A stretch of DNA of 64,000 bases from an uncultured Methanosarcinaceae archaeon (GCA_963733675.1 CAVTET010000004.1:576001-640000), one strand, 5' to 3'; positions 11,035 through 23,019 are shown, counted from the first letter of the stretch. Program-made: numbers and translations. The notes: generated by a model not told the origin, from the letters alone.

Positions 11035-12466
11035 CATAAAGAAAAGAAGACTTTCCTTTTTCAAAATAGGAAGTTTGTTGAGACCAAGAAATTTTTGGTT
11101 GATACACATAGAAAAATAATTAGTGGGACAATCTTAATTTTTGGAAGAAGGAGATTAAGAGTACTTGACGCAGAAGCCTCAGATACTTTCATGCCAAACT
11201 CAATCATGAATTATTTAATGGAGTTTAATTGAAAAAAAATATAGTATGCACTCTTGATTAATAGTGATATAAACTCAAAAATATACTCCATACAAAATTA
11301 TGTTCGTTTTTTAAGAAAATATAGTCATTATAAGTCGAATGATGTTCGAATGCAACTACTTTAAGTTCTACATATAGCACGTGGATAGCATGTGAAAATG
11401 GATAAAGTTGAATGCAAAAATACATTCACCAGAGATATGGAATGACGTACTAAAAATGAGCATTAGAGGTTTACTGACATTTGGATTCTTTAAAAAAATC
11501 AAACTATAATCGTGAACTACTCAGTCAATTGCCGGTAAAATTAATAATAAATTTTGGCGATCCCAGAGATATTAAAAATTTCCTAATTTCTAACTCACTA
11601 GATTCATTATCTGAAAGGTTTCCATAAGAGGTATTCCTCGAAAATTCAGCTTACCCTTCATTTTGCTAAGATGCACCTCTGTTCGGGTCTCAATTGGTTT
11701 TAATGTAATGCGAGTTTCCATCATCACTTTATAGAACTTTTTCTTTCAATGGTTATGAGCTTTCTTCCTTTGTACTGATATCTTCGGAGTTAAGCATCAT
11801 GAAATTGTCAACCTGGATCTAAAATAAAAAGTTTTCAGTACTAGCTGTTAACTGCTTCCTAGTCAAGTTCATCAAACCTTTTCAAGTCCTCCAGTTAAGT
11901 CTGATCTTAATTTTAACTGATTATCCTTCCAATTTTTAAAAATTATTTTTACTGATAAAGTCTGAATAGGACTTTTGCACCTGAGAACGAAAATCAAGCG
12001 TAAGCAAGGTTATGGAAATCAGTACATTTATGATATTTTGATATATGATAATGCTAATTTAGAATTTAATTGGGCAAATGTTTCTACCAAAAATAAGGGT
12101 TAATTCTGAAGGTTAGGATCCATTCTTGAAAAGTTTTATTCTACTTAAATCCAATATTCTTGAAGTTGTTCATAACTTCTATTCGATAATTTTCACCATT
12201 TAAGGACTATTAGTTATAAATACTATTTTTCCTATGTACTATATAAATATCAAAGAAGATTGAAAATAACTTTTTTAAACCATAAATTAATATAAAGTAT
12301 TTCAAACATACCCTTAAGTTAAGCATTTAACAATAACTATCTAATAAAAGTTTCTAGTAATCGTCTTTTTCTGATGTAGAATCATATTGCGATTTAAGAA
12401 AGATAATTTGCATAATTGCATTGACTGAAAGCCTGATTAACGGAAGAAATAGAGGTAGTTTGGGGA

Positions 12467-13918
12467 ATGAAAAAATACGATGTAATTGTTGTTGGGGCGG
12501 GTGTAAGTGGGCTTCTAGCAGCTCTAACACTTTCCAAACATGGAAAAAAAGTCCTTGTTCTTGAAAAAAAAAAGTATCTTGGTGGGAACTGCAACAGCTA
12601 CATGGTAGAAGGCTACCAGGTGGACACAGGAGTACATGCGATAACCCACCTAATTGAAGGACCCCTGAAAAGACTAATGGATAATTATTTTGATTATTTG
12701 CCTGTATTTGAAGACTATGGGCATTACTACGTTAGGACTGAAAATGCCCTCGTTAAGGTTCCTTCCAATTTAAAAGATTTCGTGACTTTCGATGTGCTTC
12801 CAAGAAAAGATAGGGTTCTACTTTTTCAGATCCTCACGAAGGCCTTTACACTCTCCTCATTTGGAATAGATCTCTCTAACCAGTCTGTGTTTGATTTTCT
12901 GCCAAAAAACCTTTCAAAAGATACTTATGACTTTGTGGATACAATATCCACTTTCCTTTCTGGCAGGTCCATGAAAGAAACTTCAGCCCAACGTGTACTG
13001 TGGGGAAGTAGTCTTTTAAGGGACAGTGTTACTCAGGAGCAGTTTGATGCGATGATAGGAAGATCTGATCCCAAAAAGCTCCAGTCTACAGAGCTAATCC
13101 CTACCTCATTTCTCCCATCTCACCTCCATGCTTCCCTTCAGGCCAGGATGACCAAGGTAGCACAACCTTTTACATCCCTCGAAAGGCTGGCAACAAACGA
13201 CGTAAACGGCTCTCAAGGATACCCACGAAAAGGATTAAAAGCCCTTCTAAATTCCATCCTTTATTCCCTCCCAGAAACTGTCGAAATCAAAAAAGAGTGT
13301 GAGGTGAAATCTATTCTGATGCAAAATGAAAAGGTTTTGGGTGTAGAAGCCGACGAAATCTATACCTCTGACATCGTTATCTATACAGGCTTTGCAACTG
13401 AGCTCCCCAGACTTGTAGAATGTTTTCCCACTGATTATGTAGAAGATCTCAAAGGTATTGTGACCAGTAAAAGCCTGACTATTTGGCTTGGTCTAGAAAA
13501 GGAGCTTCCTGAGTTCAATTATACAGGTTCTGAGATCTGGTTTAAGGATTTTGCTTACTGGGCAATGCCTATAAGTAATTATGATCCTTCCCTTGCCCCC
13601 AATGATAAACAGCTCATAGGTTTTTCATTTGTGATCGACAATAAAGATGATGACCAGAAAATCAAAAAGGCTTATGACACGATTTTCCGCGCCCATCCTA
13701 ATATCGAAAAGCATATAGAGATGCACCACGAGCAGATTACAATTCCCGAAAAAGCCGCAGTCACAATTGACGGAAAATTTGCAGATATCCGAACTCCTGT
13801 CCGGAATCTCTATGTCGCAGGCACAGATACTGACAAGCGAAGTATGGGAATAACTCGAGCCTCATATTCGATCATTGAGCTTTTAAAAATACTTACCGAA
13901 GATGGAAATCTCAATTAA
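12467..13918 (+). CDS. FAD-dependent oxidoreductase, phytoene desaturase (CrtI)-like family
   Basis: N-terminal VIVVGAGVSGL...LE...LGG dinucleotide-binding fold, DTG motif, and C-terminal TPVRNLYVAG. Confidence 0.88.
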   Translation: MKKYDVIVVGAGVSGLLAALTLSKHGKKVLVLEKKKYLGGNCNSYMVEGYQVDTGVHAITHLIEGPLKRLMDNYFDYLPVFEDYGHYYVRTENALVKVPSNLKDFVTFDVLPRKDRVLLFQILTKAFTLSSFGIDLSNQSVFDFLPKNLSKDTYDFVDTISTFLSGRSMKETSAQRVLWGSSLLRDSVTQEQFDAMIGRSDPKKLQSTELIPTSFLPSHLHASLQARMTKVAQPFTSLERLATNDVNGSQGYPRKGLKALLNSILYSLPETVEIKKECEVKSILMQNEKVLGVEADEIYTSDIVIYTGFATELPRLVECFPTDYVEDLKGIVTSKSLTIWLGLEKELPEFNYTGSEIWFKDFAYWAMPISNYDPSLAPNDKQLIGFSFVIDNKDDDQKIKKAYDTIFRAHPNIEKHIEMHHEQITIPEKAAVTIDGKFADIRTPVRNLYVAGTDTDKRSMGITRASYSIIELLKILTEDGNLN

Positions 13919-13933
13919 AAAAATTCCGTTTAG

Positions 13934-14022
13934 CTATTGCATCAAAATAGATATCTTTCGACTGATTTTTAGTAGGCTGAGTAGTTACTCTGTATTTAAT
14001 ATCGTTAAATTCTGGTGCATAA
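13934..14022. repeat. Short dispersed repeat or MITE remnant (second copy at 17845-17900)
   Basis: CTATTGCATCAAAATAGATATCTTT is identical at 13934 and 17845, with diverged similarity continuing ~30 bp. An imperfect inverted end ttctggtgcataa lies at ~14010. Confidence 0.5.
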
Positions 14023-14089
14023 AATTTATTAAAAATAACAAGACATAAAAAAGGTTAGGAGTTGCATCTCACTGAAGGAAATGATGCAT

Positions 14090-14675
14090 TTTCATGCTAC
14101 CGCTCTGGATATAAAGGAATTATTCAGAATCAAATATTTTCATTAGCATACCTATACTCTTATTCTCCTGGTTTCTTTTATTTTCACCATAGTTTTTAAA
14201 TTACATCTGAAGTTCGATCTCACCAACAATTCCAATATGACCTCATCATTCCACAGCTTCTCACTTCATAATTTTTTTCCAATATATGAGTATTCTTTAA
14301 AAATTTATCTTGTTGTGATATTTTTTCTAATGTACATCACTTTGAAGGTGAATATTTAGGTTCAAAATCAACGAAAAGATGTGCTCGATCAATATCAACA
14401 CCTTTACATCAAAACTCCAATTAGTATATTTTACCAATTTCAAAGTATATTTATTTCAAATATTTGATAATTTGACTATCCAAAAGAATTTTTTTACGAT
14501 AGTCCATACAAAAACAATCAGTAGATATCCTATTTTGTCATCATAATGAGTTGCATGACGTAGTTCCATTTTTATAGTGCAAGTATAGCTTAAAATATAA
14601 ATCAGTTCGTTAAAACTGTTCGAGAGAAATTTCAATTCCCGGAGCAAGTTGCGGGGTATCCAGCTAAAACAAAAT
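14090..14675 (-). mobile_element. Decayed IS200/IS605 tnpA element
   Basis: Subterminal hairpin cccggagcaagttgcggggtatc at 14638-14660, related to those at 15437, 43845 and 52912, plus degenerate TnpA-like coding remnants. Confidence 0.6.
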
Positions 14676-14682
14676 AATTAAG

Positions 14683-14777
14683 CGGGCTCGCCGTGATTCG
14701 AACACGAGTTAATGGGTACCTTCGTAAAGGATTGTACTTCGAAGCCCATTAGGATATCCTGGCTACCCCACGAGCCC
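14683..14777 (-). tRNA. tRNA-Arg (TCG) with a 21-nt intron at 37/38 (intron 14718-14738)
   Basis: GGGCTCG/CGAGCCC acceptor stem, ATGGG/CCCAT anticodon stem and TTCGAAT T loop. Canonical bulge-helix-bulge: CTTC[GAA]GTA...TAC GAAG[GTA]. Confidence 0.95.
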
Positions 14778-14972
14778 GCTGTGCATCAATAATGATAGGA
14801 ACAATCCATATTAAAGGTTTCTATCGAAACTAAGGCAAAATTAAGTCAGAGCATGAAAATCAAAATTTCGGCTGCTTACCCCGCAGCAATCAACTGTATC
14901 TGCTTTCGCCGTTGCTTTGGATATAAAGGAGTTGTTCAAAGTCAAATATTTTCATTTGCTTATATGTTTCTT

Positions 14973-15722
14973 TTTTCTAATTTCTCTATTTTCAACACCT
15001 TTTCTAAGCACATCGGAAGTCGTACATTAATTCACATTCCAATGTAACCTCAATAACTCCACAGTTCACCAGTCCATAAATGTTTTTTAATCTCATATTA
15101 TTTTTAACAATTTCCTTTACTTTGTTGCTTTTTTAGTCTTATCATTCTTGAAGGAGAATATTTTGTTTTATTACCAATGAAAAGATATACATGATCATCA
15201 TTATTACCGATTTCATCAAAATCAAAAACGGATATTTCCCAATTTCAAATCATGTATATTTCAAAATAATTGATGATATCATTCCCTAAAATAAATTTTT
15301 CATGGTACTTCGCACAAAAAACTGTAATATCTTATTTATAGATACAATTATTTGCATGAAGTGTTTTATATTATAGTGAAAAGGTAGCTTAAAATATAGA
15401 TCCATTAGTTAATAACGGTTCTCTCGAAAATTTCCATCCTGCAGCAAGCTGCAGGTTATCCGTTAGAATAATATGATTCAACTATCAAGAGTTTTTTAAA
15501 AAAGATCACAGATATTTTTTTAATTCATACTTTCGGCTTCTCTACATACTTGTACAAAAAAGACAGATTCAAAAAAGCCACTCTATTTTTTATACTTTAA
15601 ACATTTAATTTAAATTATGTGCAACACATGTTTTTGGCGAGAATGGCAGAAAAACTCTATCAGGAATAACTTCAGGTAATTGATCAGATCATAGAAAACC
15701 TTTCACCAAATGTTCGTAGAAA
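14973..15722. repeat. Left arm of a 750-bp inverted duplication (IS200 tnpA remnant fused to an IS110 fragment)
   Basis: Reverse complement of 17078-17827 with only a handful of substitutions and no net indel (both end-coordinate sums equal 32800). Confidence 0.92.
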
Positions 15723-16537
15723 AACTGTTCGGATAAAGGAGATTCTGGTCAGAAATATAGACAGTATGCATAATTTTCTGTAAAATCTACTCTATATATA
15801 TCATTCTTTTTTTTGATTACTTTTCGATTACTATTCACTCTTATCCAGTCTTCATTCATGTCAATTATTATTGAGGCTAGCAGTTCAAATGTTCATCTTT
15901 GTTTAGGGGGAGAATTATCTACTATTTTACTTCTTTTTTTAAGTCCTTGTTAGCTCTTTCCATTATATTTGTTGTTCTTATTTTTTCCTTTTATTCTCTG
16001 AAAATTGTATATAGTTAATTATATCTTACTGGAAGTTTTAAAGCACTGATTATATGCCCTGAAATATATTAGAATACTATAAAGTTAAACCAACAAAGGA
16101 AGGTTATAGACATATTGTATAAACAAAAGAACAAAATAATATTATATGTTAAAAATATTATATAGGTTGTGAGCCTAGTATAATTTGCGTTCTCATCTGT
16201 TAAGACTATATATATCAAAGACCTATTCCACAAGAAATACTCCAGCGCCTACTCCGTAAAATCTACTTTATATGTGAAGGGATAAAATAAAAACTTGCAA
16301 CCCGTGAGTCCATCACCTAATCTCTTCCAAGCAAGGTCTCTTAAGTGCCGTTAGGAGCTTCTAGATTTTTTCGGATGAGAACGCGAGCAATATAACTTTA
16401 ATACTCTAAGTCACTTTAAAAACGTCAATGCTCAAATGTTGACATTAAAGTCAGCGACTAAACTGGTTAATCATACACGATATAGTTCTTTTCTCTATAA
16501 TTTCATTTTTTCCACTGTTTATAGTTATAATAGTGTC

Positions 16538-17250
16538 AACTGAAGATATTTCAGTCTCAACAATAGTTCTCTTCTGAATATCCCTCTTTTGAAACCCAAT
16601 TTCATCTTCTTCCATCTTATCATTTGTGATCAGATTCCATATTATTGTGGAAATTTTTTTTATTAGAGCAATGATTGCCTTTGAATGTCCAATTGATTTC
16701 TTCTTCCATTTAAAAAATATTTTAACTTAATCTTTTTCTTTCTTGCTGCTGTCAGAGCAATCTATGTTAGAATTAACATAAGCATCTTGACTCTTTTTTG
16801 TGACTCTCTAGTTGTAGAAATTATCTGCAGATTGGTATGCATTATAACTATTCCAAGCCATGAAGCAAACTTATCTGCGAAATAAAAATCCTTAGAATCG
16901 CCTATTCCAGTAATTAGAGTTGTTGTACCATTTTTCTTAATAACCATAAACTGCATTAAAGTTTCCATTTCACTTTTATGCTTTCCATAAGCATAGTCTG
17001 AAATTTATCTCTTTAAAGCTTTGGTTTCATCGTCACGATGTTTTATAAAATTCAGATATTTATGAAACCTAACTATATTTCTACGAACATTTGGTAAAAG
17101 GTTTTCTATGATCTGATCAATTACCTGAAGTTATTCCTGATAGAGTTTTTCTGCCATTCTCGCCAAAAACATGTGTTGCACATCATTTAAATTAAATGTT
17201 TAAAGTATAAAAAATAGAGTGGCTTTTTTGAATCTGTCTTTTTTGTACAA
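16538..17250 (-). mobile_element. IS110 pseudogene segment, near-identical direct copy of 8859-9618
   Basis: The identical 68-aa remnant ORF occurs at 9082 and 16762. This copy lacks ~48 bp corresponding to 9399-9446. Confidence 0.9.
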
Positions 17251-17827
17251 GTATGTAGAGAAGCCGAAAGTATGAATTAAAAAAATATCTGTGATCTGTT
17301 TTAAAAAACTCTTGATAGTTGAATCATATTATTCTAACGGATAATCTGCAGCTTGCTGCAGGATGGAAATTTTCGAGAGAACCGTTATTAACTAATGGAT
17401 CTATATTTTAAGCTACCTTTTCACTATAATATAAAACACTTCATGCAAATAATTGTATCTATAAATAAGATATTACAGTTTTTTGTGCGAAGTACCATGA
17501 AAAATTTATTTTAGGGAATGATATCATCAATTATTTTGAAATATACATGATTTGAAATTGGGAAATATCCGTTTTTGATTTTGATGAAATCGGTAATAAT
17601 GATGATCATGTATATCTTTTCATTGGTAATGAAACAAAATATTCTCCTTCAAGAATGATAAGACTAAAAAAGCAACAAAGTAAAGGAAATTGTTAAAAAT
17701 AATATGAGATTAAAAAACATTTGTGGACTGGTGAACTGTGGAGTTATTGAGGTTACATTGGAATGTGAATTAATGTACGACTTCCGATGTGCTTAGAAAA
17801 GGTGTTGAAAATAGAGAAATTAGAAAA
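17078..17827. repeat. Right arm of the 750-bp inverted duplication
   Basis: Reverse complement of 14973-15722. Contains the IS200 end hairpin (ctgcagcttgctgcagg) and TnpA remnants (EIGNNDDHVYLFIG, LWTGELWS). Confidence 0.92.
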
Positions 17828-18068
17828 GTAGTAATAATAATGATCTATTGCATCAAAATAGATATCTTTAAACTGATTTCCTGTGAACTGAATAGTTATA
17901 GAAACAGGTTAAAATAAGAATGGGAATTTATTTACTTAATATCTATGAATAAGTACCAGAACTTTCCTAAATAATTAGGAAGAATACTTAAACTCTTCCA
18001 TTTGATACTACCAAAAACAGATATCTATAACAAATGAGAGCAAAAATTATCGCTTCCATAAAAAGACC

Positions 18069-19079
18069 ATGAACGGAAAAAAAGTATTTTCAATCGGAGA
18101 GCGCGCTTTAATCCGTCGCCTATCTGAGATTTTCAAAGTCCCAGAAGGCAAGGAGAGAGAACAAAAAGGAATACTCATTGATGCAGGTTCAGATGACTGT
18201 GCAGTCCTTGATCTGAAAGGAGAAGACTGTCTTGTTTTTACCATAGACATGCTGCACAGAACCACAGATTTTCCAGAGGAAATGACGCCATGGCAGATGG
18301 GATGGATGTCTGCAGCAGTAAACCTGAGCGATATTGCAGCCATGGGTGCAGAACCCACCGGGCTCCTTATGGCAATCGGCATGCCTGAAGATACTGAAAT
18401 TGCTTTCGTCGAAGAACTTGCAAAAGGCATGCAAGCATGTGCCAAATTTTGTGGAACTGCAATCATCGGAGGTGACCTTGATACCCACACAGAACTGACA
18501 ATTACAGGAACAGCACTTGGTCGGGTAAAAAAAAGCCAGCTTCTTCGCCGTCGTGGAGCAAAACCAGGGAATTTGGTATGTGTTACAGGACATACAGGTT
18601 CTGCAGGAGCCGCTCTGAGGTCTATTAAGTCTAAAAAACCAATAAGTGAAACTATCCTTAAGACTCTTTTCGAACCTTTACCCCGCACTTCAGAAGCCCG
18701 GATATTGGCTCAGTCCGGAGCAGTTACATCCATGATAGATACGAGTGATGGCCTTGCCATGTCCCTTTACGACCTTGCCAGGGAAAGCCATGTGGGCTTT
18801 AGAATTCTGGAAAATAACCTCCCCATCATCAGGGAAGTAAGAGAATTCGTCTCAAGCTTTGAAGAATTAATGGAACTTTGCCTTTACACAGGTGGAGATT
18901 TCGAGCTTCTTATTACAATTGACCCGCAGCAGATCAAAAAAGTACAAAACTTATGCAATTTAGCTGTTATAGGAGAATGCACAGAGTATAAAAATGGTAT
19001 TGTATTAAAATCTCCTGGGTGCAGGCTGACAAACATAAAACAGAGAGGATACCAGCAACTAAAAGCTGAACACCATTAA
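18069..19079 (+). CDS. thiL: Thiamine-monophosphate kinase
   Basis: Motifs GE..LI, DDCAV, AVNLSDIAAMGA.P, IGGD, DTSDGL and GGDFEL. Confidence 0.95.
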   Translation: MNGKKVFSIGERALIRRLSEIFKVPEGKEREQKGILIDAGSDDCAVLDLKGEDCLVFTIDMLHRTTDFPEEMTPWQMGWMSAAVNLSDIAAMGAEPTGLLMAIGMPEDTEIAFVEELAKGMQACAKFCGTAIIGGDLDTHTELTITGTALGRVKKSQLLRRRGAKPGNLVCVTGHTGSAGAALRSIKSKKPISETILKTLFEPLPRTSEARILAQSGAVTSMIDTSDGLAMSLYDLARESHVGFRILENNLPIIREVREFVSSFEELMELCLYTGGDFELLITIDPQQIKKVQNLCNLAVIGECTEYKNGIVLKSPGCRLTNIKQRGYQQLKAEHH

Positions 19080-20047
19080 TAAATTTTCCTGTTACTATAC
19101 TAACTTACCTTCCAAAAAACTTATGGATTAGAGAGATGGTAAGAATTATTGGCTGGGAAACTCCACACAGATCACAAAAATTGAATAAACTGAGGATATC
19201 TAACATAAAATCAGAAGTTTATCGAAATCCTACTTTGTCATAAACAATAACTCAATTACCAGAAATAATTTTGTTGATATTATTCTGATTTGTAAAAATG
19301 TGCGTGGAATTAACAAGATTCGAAACTACATAATTAGAAAAATGGATTTATGGTCAAGAACATATATCTCTATACTAAATTTAAATGCAAAGTTGAACCA
19401 TGTGAAAAAAAAAGAATATAGAAGAAAAGGAATAAAAGAACCGTTTTTCAGCATATTTTTTACAGTGAAACATTGATCTTGATAGTTACATAGTCTCTAA
19501 AAGGTGATAATGTAGAACAAATATATTCTTTTAGCTTTAATTATATTTTAGAACTATATTCAGACTTAGATGGTATATAGAAATATGCAAGCTTTTTTAC
19601 CGCATATTAAGCCATATAAAAGCATATCTTAGGGGAAAGTGAAAAATAATGAATTATTGGAATTATATCAGGACTTTAAAAAACTATTATAAAGTTCTCT
19701 TGTTCGTTATTTAGATTATCCGTAATTTTCACATACGTTCTACATTAAAAAATTTTAATAAACATCTAAATATCGTTTATGCTTATAAATTATATATAAA
19801 TGACTCGTGAAAAACAGAGATTAATCAAAATCCTCTTTAGTACATATGTTTTAGCTTCATCAAAATTTTGCCATCTGCATTCTTTGTATTCTTTATGGCA
19901 ATTTTTTATTTAGCGTATATGTTTTTCTCAAAAATATATTTTAATGGCAAAATATATTTATAACATCCCATTATTTCTTAAATTATACGCAAATTTTCAT
20001 TTATCACATTCATATCCTAAATCTTACTAAATCTGTCGTGCTTATTA

Positions 20048-21045
20048 ATGCCAGGAAAACTTGAAAATAGTACTAAAACAACGATATACTCTGAAATTGT
20101 AGAAACTCTGCTTCAGGAGAGATGGAAAAAGATGGATATGCACGTACATTCTTCCTGCTCTTATGATGTGCCCCCCGCAAAAGCAATGCATCCGGGTGTT
20201 TTTTTAGAAAAGCAAGGGCTCAGAAGCTTGATTTTGTGACTTTTACAGATCATGACACTATCAAAGCTTACGACCTACTTGGCTGGGACAGAGAAGGACT
20301 GATTCCAGGAGTTGAAATTGCAATCAAAGATCCTGATAAAATAGGACATACTCTGCATGTTAACGTTTTTGAGCTTGATTCAGAAGAATTTGAAGAACTT
20401 GAGGCGATTGCAAACCAAGAATATAACTTCAAAAGCTTTATCCGTTACCTCAGAACTCACGATCTCCCGCACATATATAATCATCCCTACTTGTTTGCTA
20501 CTGGAGATCATCCTAATTTATGGGCTGTGTCAGAACTTATAAAATAGTTTCCTGTTATCGAATATAATATGCAGGACCGAATGTAAAAAAATTTCATAAT
20601 TATGACACTTGCGAGGAAATACGGAAAAAGGGTGGTTGCGACCACAGACAGCCATACAGGAGGCATGGGAGCTGTCTATACAATAGCGAAAGGGGAAACA
20701 TTCAAAGAATTCTTTGAAAATATCAAACGAGGGAAATCATATATTGTAGTTGAAGGAGGAACCAGAAGACACCTCACAAAAGAATTAAATTCATGGGTTG
20801 AGCTTGTATTTTCAATGGATATAAATACAAGGGATGAAATTAATTTCACTACGAATGTATGTAGCTTTGACAGAATAATAAGCATCATTGCAAACGAAAA
20901 AATGAAAGATTTCCCTAGAATTAACAGTTTAGCAATGAAATTTTTCCAGAATTTTTCCAGATCAGGACTCCCTGCCTACGTATACGTGAAGACTGAGAAA
21001 CCTCTGATTTCCAAGATAGAAAAAGTCGTGAATCTGATAGCATGA
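20048..21045 (+). pseudogene. PHP-domain (PHP-associated) protein, disrupted
   Basis: The motifs DMHVHS, FTDHD, PGVEI, NHP and DSH are spread over three ORF pieces. There is a frameshift near 20205 and in-frame TAG (20545) and TAA (20584) stops. Confidence 0.85.
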
Positions 21046-21068
21046 ACCTTTTAATTGCTTAAAAGATT

Positions 21069-21156
21069 TAGGATTTTGAGAAGCTCTATATTTTGTCATA
21101 TGCTTATAAATGGTATATACTAGACTCTTAAAAATTAGAGGTTTATCAAAATTCTT
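21069..21156. mobile_element. MITE with IS5-type TIRs (subfamily A)
   Basis: The interior ttttgtcatatgcttataaatggtatata is nearly identical to the 9938 copy; TIRs are degenerate. Confidence 0.7.
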
Positions 21157-21386
21157 TATTATACAACCCTAATTTGATAATCTGATCTTTATGCTGAAAG
21201 CAGATTGTCATATTTTAGAGAAATGAAGAAGTAATATGGGGGTTGACAAATTTTTAACTTATCGTTTATGGAGCCCATCTGAGCAATTTGTTGAAACAGA
21301 TGTTTATAAAAATATTCAAAAAAAATAAAAAAAATAAAATTGAAGAAAAAATACTAAAAAGAACTTAAAATTAGAGTTTCAGCACC

Positions 21387-21794
21387 TCAGGCAATGACGT
21401 CCTTTCTCAGGATATAAGCAACCATCTCAGGATTAAGTTTACTATCCCTTGAGACTTTTTCCTCAATAGCTTCAGTTGATTTACCTTCAACTTTCAGTTC
21501 TTTTATTTCCTCAATTATTGACGAAGGAATGCGATAGTACTCGTTTATATCCTTCCTGTGTCCCCAGACGTCTCCTTCGATAAGCTGAATACGCTGCATT
21601 TCAAGGAACATTTCAATTGATTTTGAGACAGTTCTCCTGTAAGATTTTGGAAGCTGTATAACCTCAACCTTTGGACAGTTCTCGACCAATGAAAAAATAT
21701 CCTTGTTTGAAGGCCTGAAAGCCAGGTGCACTATCCTTTCATTCGGATTCAATGTAAAGATTTCTTCTCGCGAACTCACAACCCTTATTTTCAA
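21387..21794 (-). CDS. DUF1699 family protein
   Basis: KIRVVSSREEI...VHLAFRPSNKDI...GDVWGHRKDINEYY signature. A TTG start at 21794 follows a GGAGG RBS, which is more likely than 21863. Confidence 0.88.
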   Translation of the reverse strand: MKIRVVSSREEIFTLNPNERIVHLAFRPSNKDIFSLVENCPKVEVIQLPKSYRRTVSKSIEMFLEMQRIQLIEGDVWGHRKDINEYYRIPSSIIEEIKELKVEGKSTEAIEEKVSRDSKLNPEMVAYILRKDVIA

Positions 21795-23019
21795 AGTTAA
21801 TCCTCCAGATCTACTTATTTTTTCTTGTGATATAAAAATATTCTTCTTTAAATATATTTCCATAACAACATTAATTATTTAGACAGAACTGGTATTTATT
21901 TCTTTCTTTTTTTTGAGGAGAATTTCACCATGAATAACAACAAATAGCATGTATTACATTTACAGAAATGTATAAAGAGTCATGTTCTTAAGGTTTCAAT
22001 AACTTACATACATAACCAAATTTAGGAGATGGTCCTCGCAGTAAAAATTAATACTTTCAAAACTTAAAAAAATGGATTATCGTCAAGTGCATATATATCT
22101 CTACAAACCATATATAAAAGTTGAACAAGAAAGGTACTGAAAAAGTGAAAAGAAAAAAAGCTTCTTATTTTCATCCCTTCTTCCGTATCTTTCTTGATTA
22201 TACAAAGCCAGATAACTTAAACATAAATAATTAATCCAAAAATAACATAAATTCTTCGAATAACAGGCACAAACAAAGTACTTCTCAACTCACCTTTATT
22301 TACTATTGATTTCATCATTATCTTGGCTAGTAAGGTTGTCCCACATTTGATTTCTAAAAATAGTTCTAAAAATAATCAGTGGATTGCCATCGAAAACTCA
22401 AGTTTGACTTGATCATGGATACCAAATTGCCCTTTTAAGCAATTCAACTATCAAAATAAATATTATAGTCCAAATTGTCAGAAATAGTAACAATTTTTGT
22501 GGTTCAGACATCCATAAAAGTTTTTTCATTGCTATTATTCTCAGTATATCAAGAGAAAAATAGCAACAAAACAACGACAAAAAAATCTTGTTTTCATAAT
22601 GAAATCCACCTATTACCTCGAAATGAGTAGCAACTATAAGCAAGCAAGAAATTTTTCTTTCTATTCATTTTGAAAGAAATCCTTAAAACCTTTTCATCAA
22701 ATTCTTCTGCATCCTAGAAAAACAAAGAGCTGAAATTTTACCTAAACTCCTAAAGCATTCATGATATTTTTCATCCTTCGAAAACATTAGACACCTTTCA
22801 GGTAAGATTCAGCTGCAGCAGTTAAGATGACCTCTTCAATTATCGAACACTTCTCAAATAAATCTGTTTCAAGGGAAACTCAGGGAATTAACGCTTTAAT
22901 AATTCGAGTTCTCCATACTTAGTTTGGAGGATTTATATTCCACTAACTAAGATTGTCATGAGACCCATGTAGGGCGATTACACTGGCCAATTAAAGCAAT
23001 AATTAATCAAATTGGAATA

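Noticed and set aside
11560-12200. Possible further transposase remnant (similar unassigned debris at ~45590-46190 and ~22700-23000)
   Set aside because: It looks like decayed coding DNA, but no diagnostic motif or element ends could be assigned by eye.
13934-17900. Integrated element at tRNA-Arg bounded by att-like direct repeats
   Set aside because: The ~55-bp repeats are unrelated to the tRNA 3' end, there is no integrase, and they look like dispersed MITE ends.
20545-20547. In-frame TAG in the PHP gene as a pyrrolysine codon
   Set aside because: A TAA follows 13 codons later and there is an upstream frameshift, so the gene is a pseudogene regardless of amber read-through.
22413-22643. 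Small hydrophobic ORF
   Set aside because: The RBS-preceded ATG (~22597) is in a different frame that stops early, so it is probably a frameshifted relic. Identity unknown.
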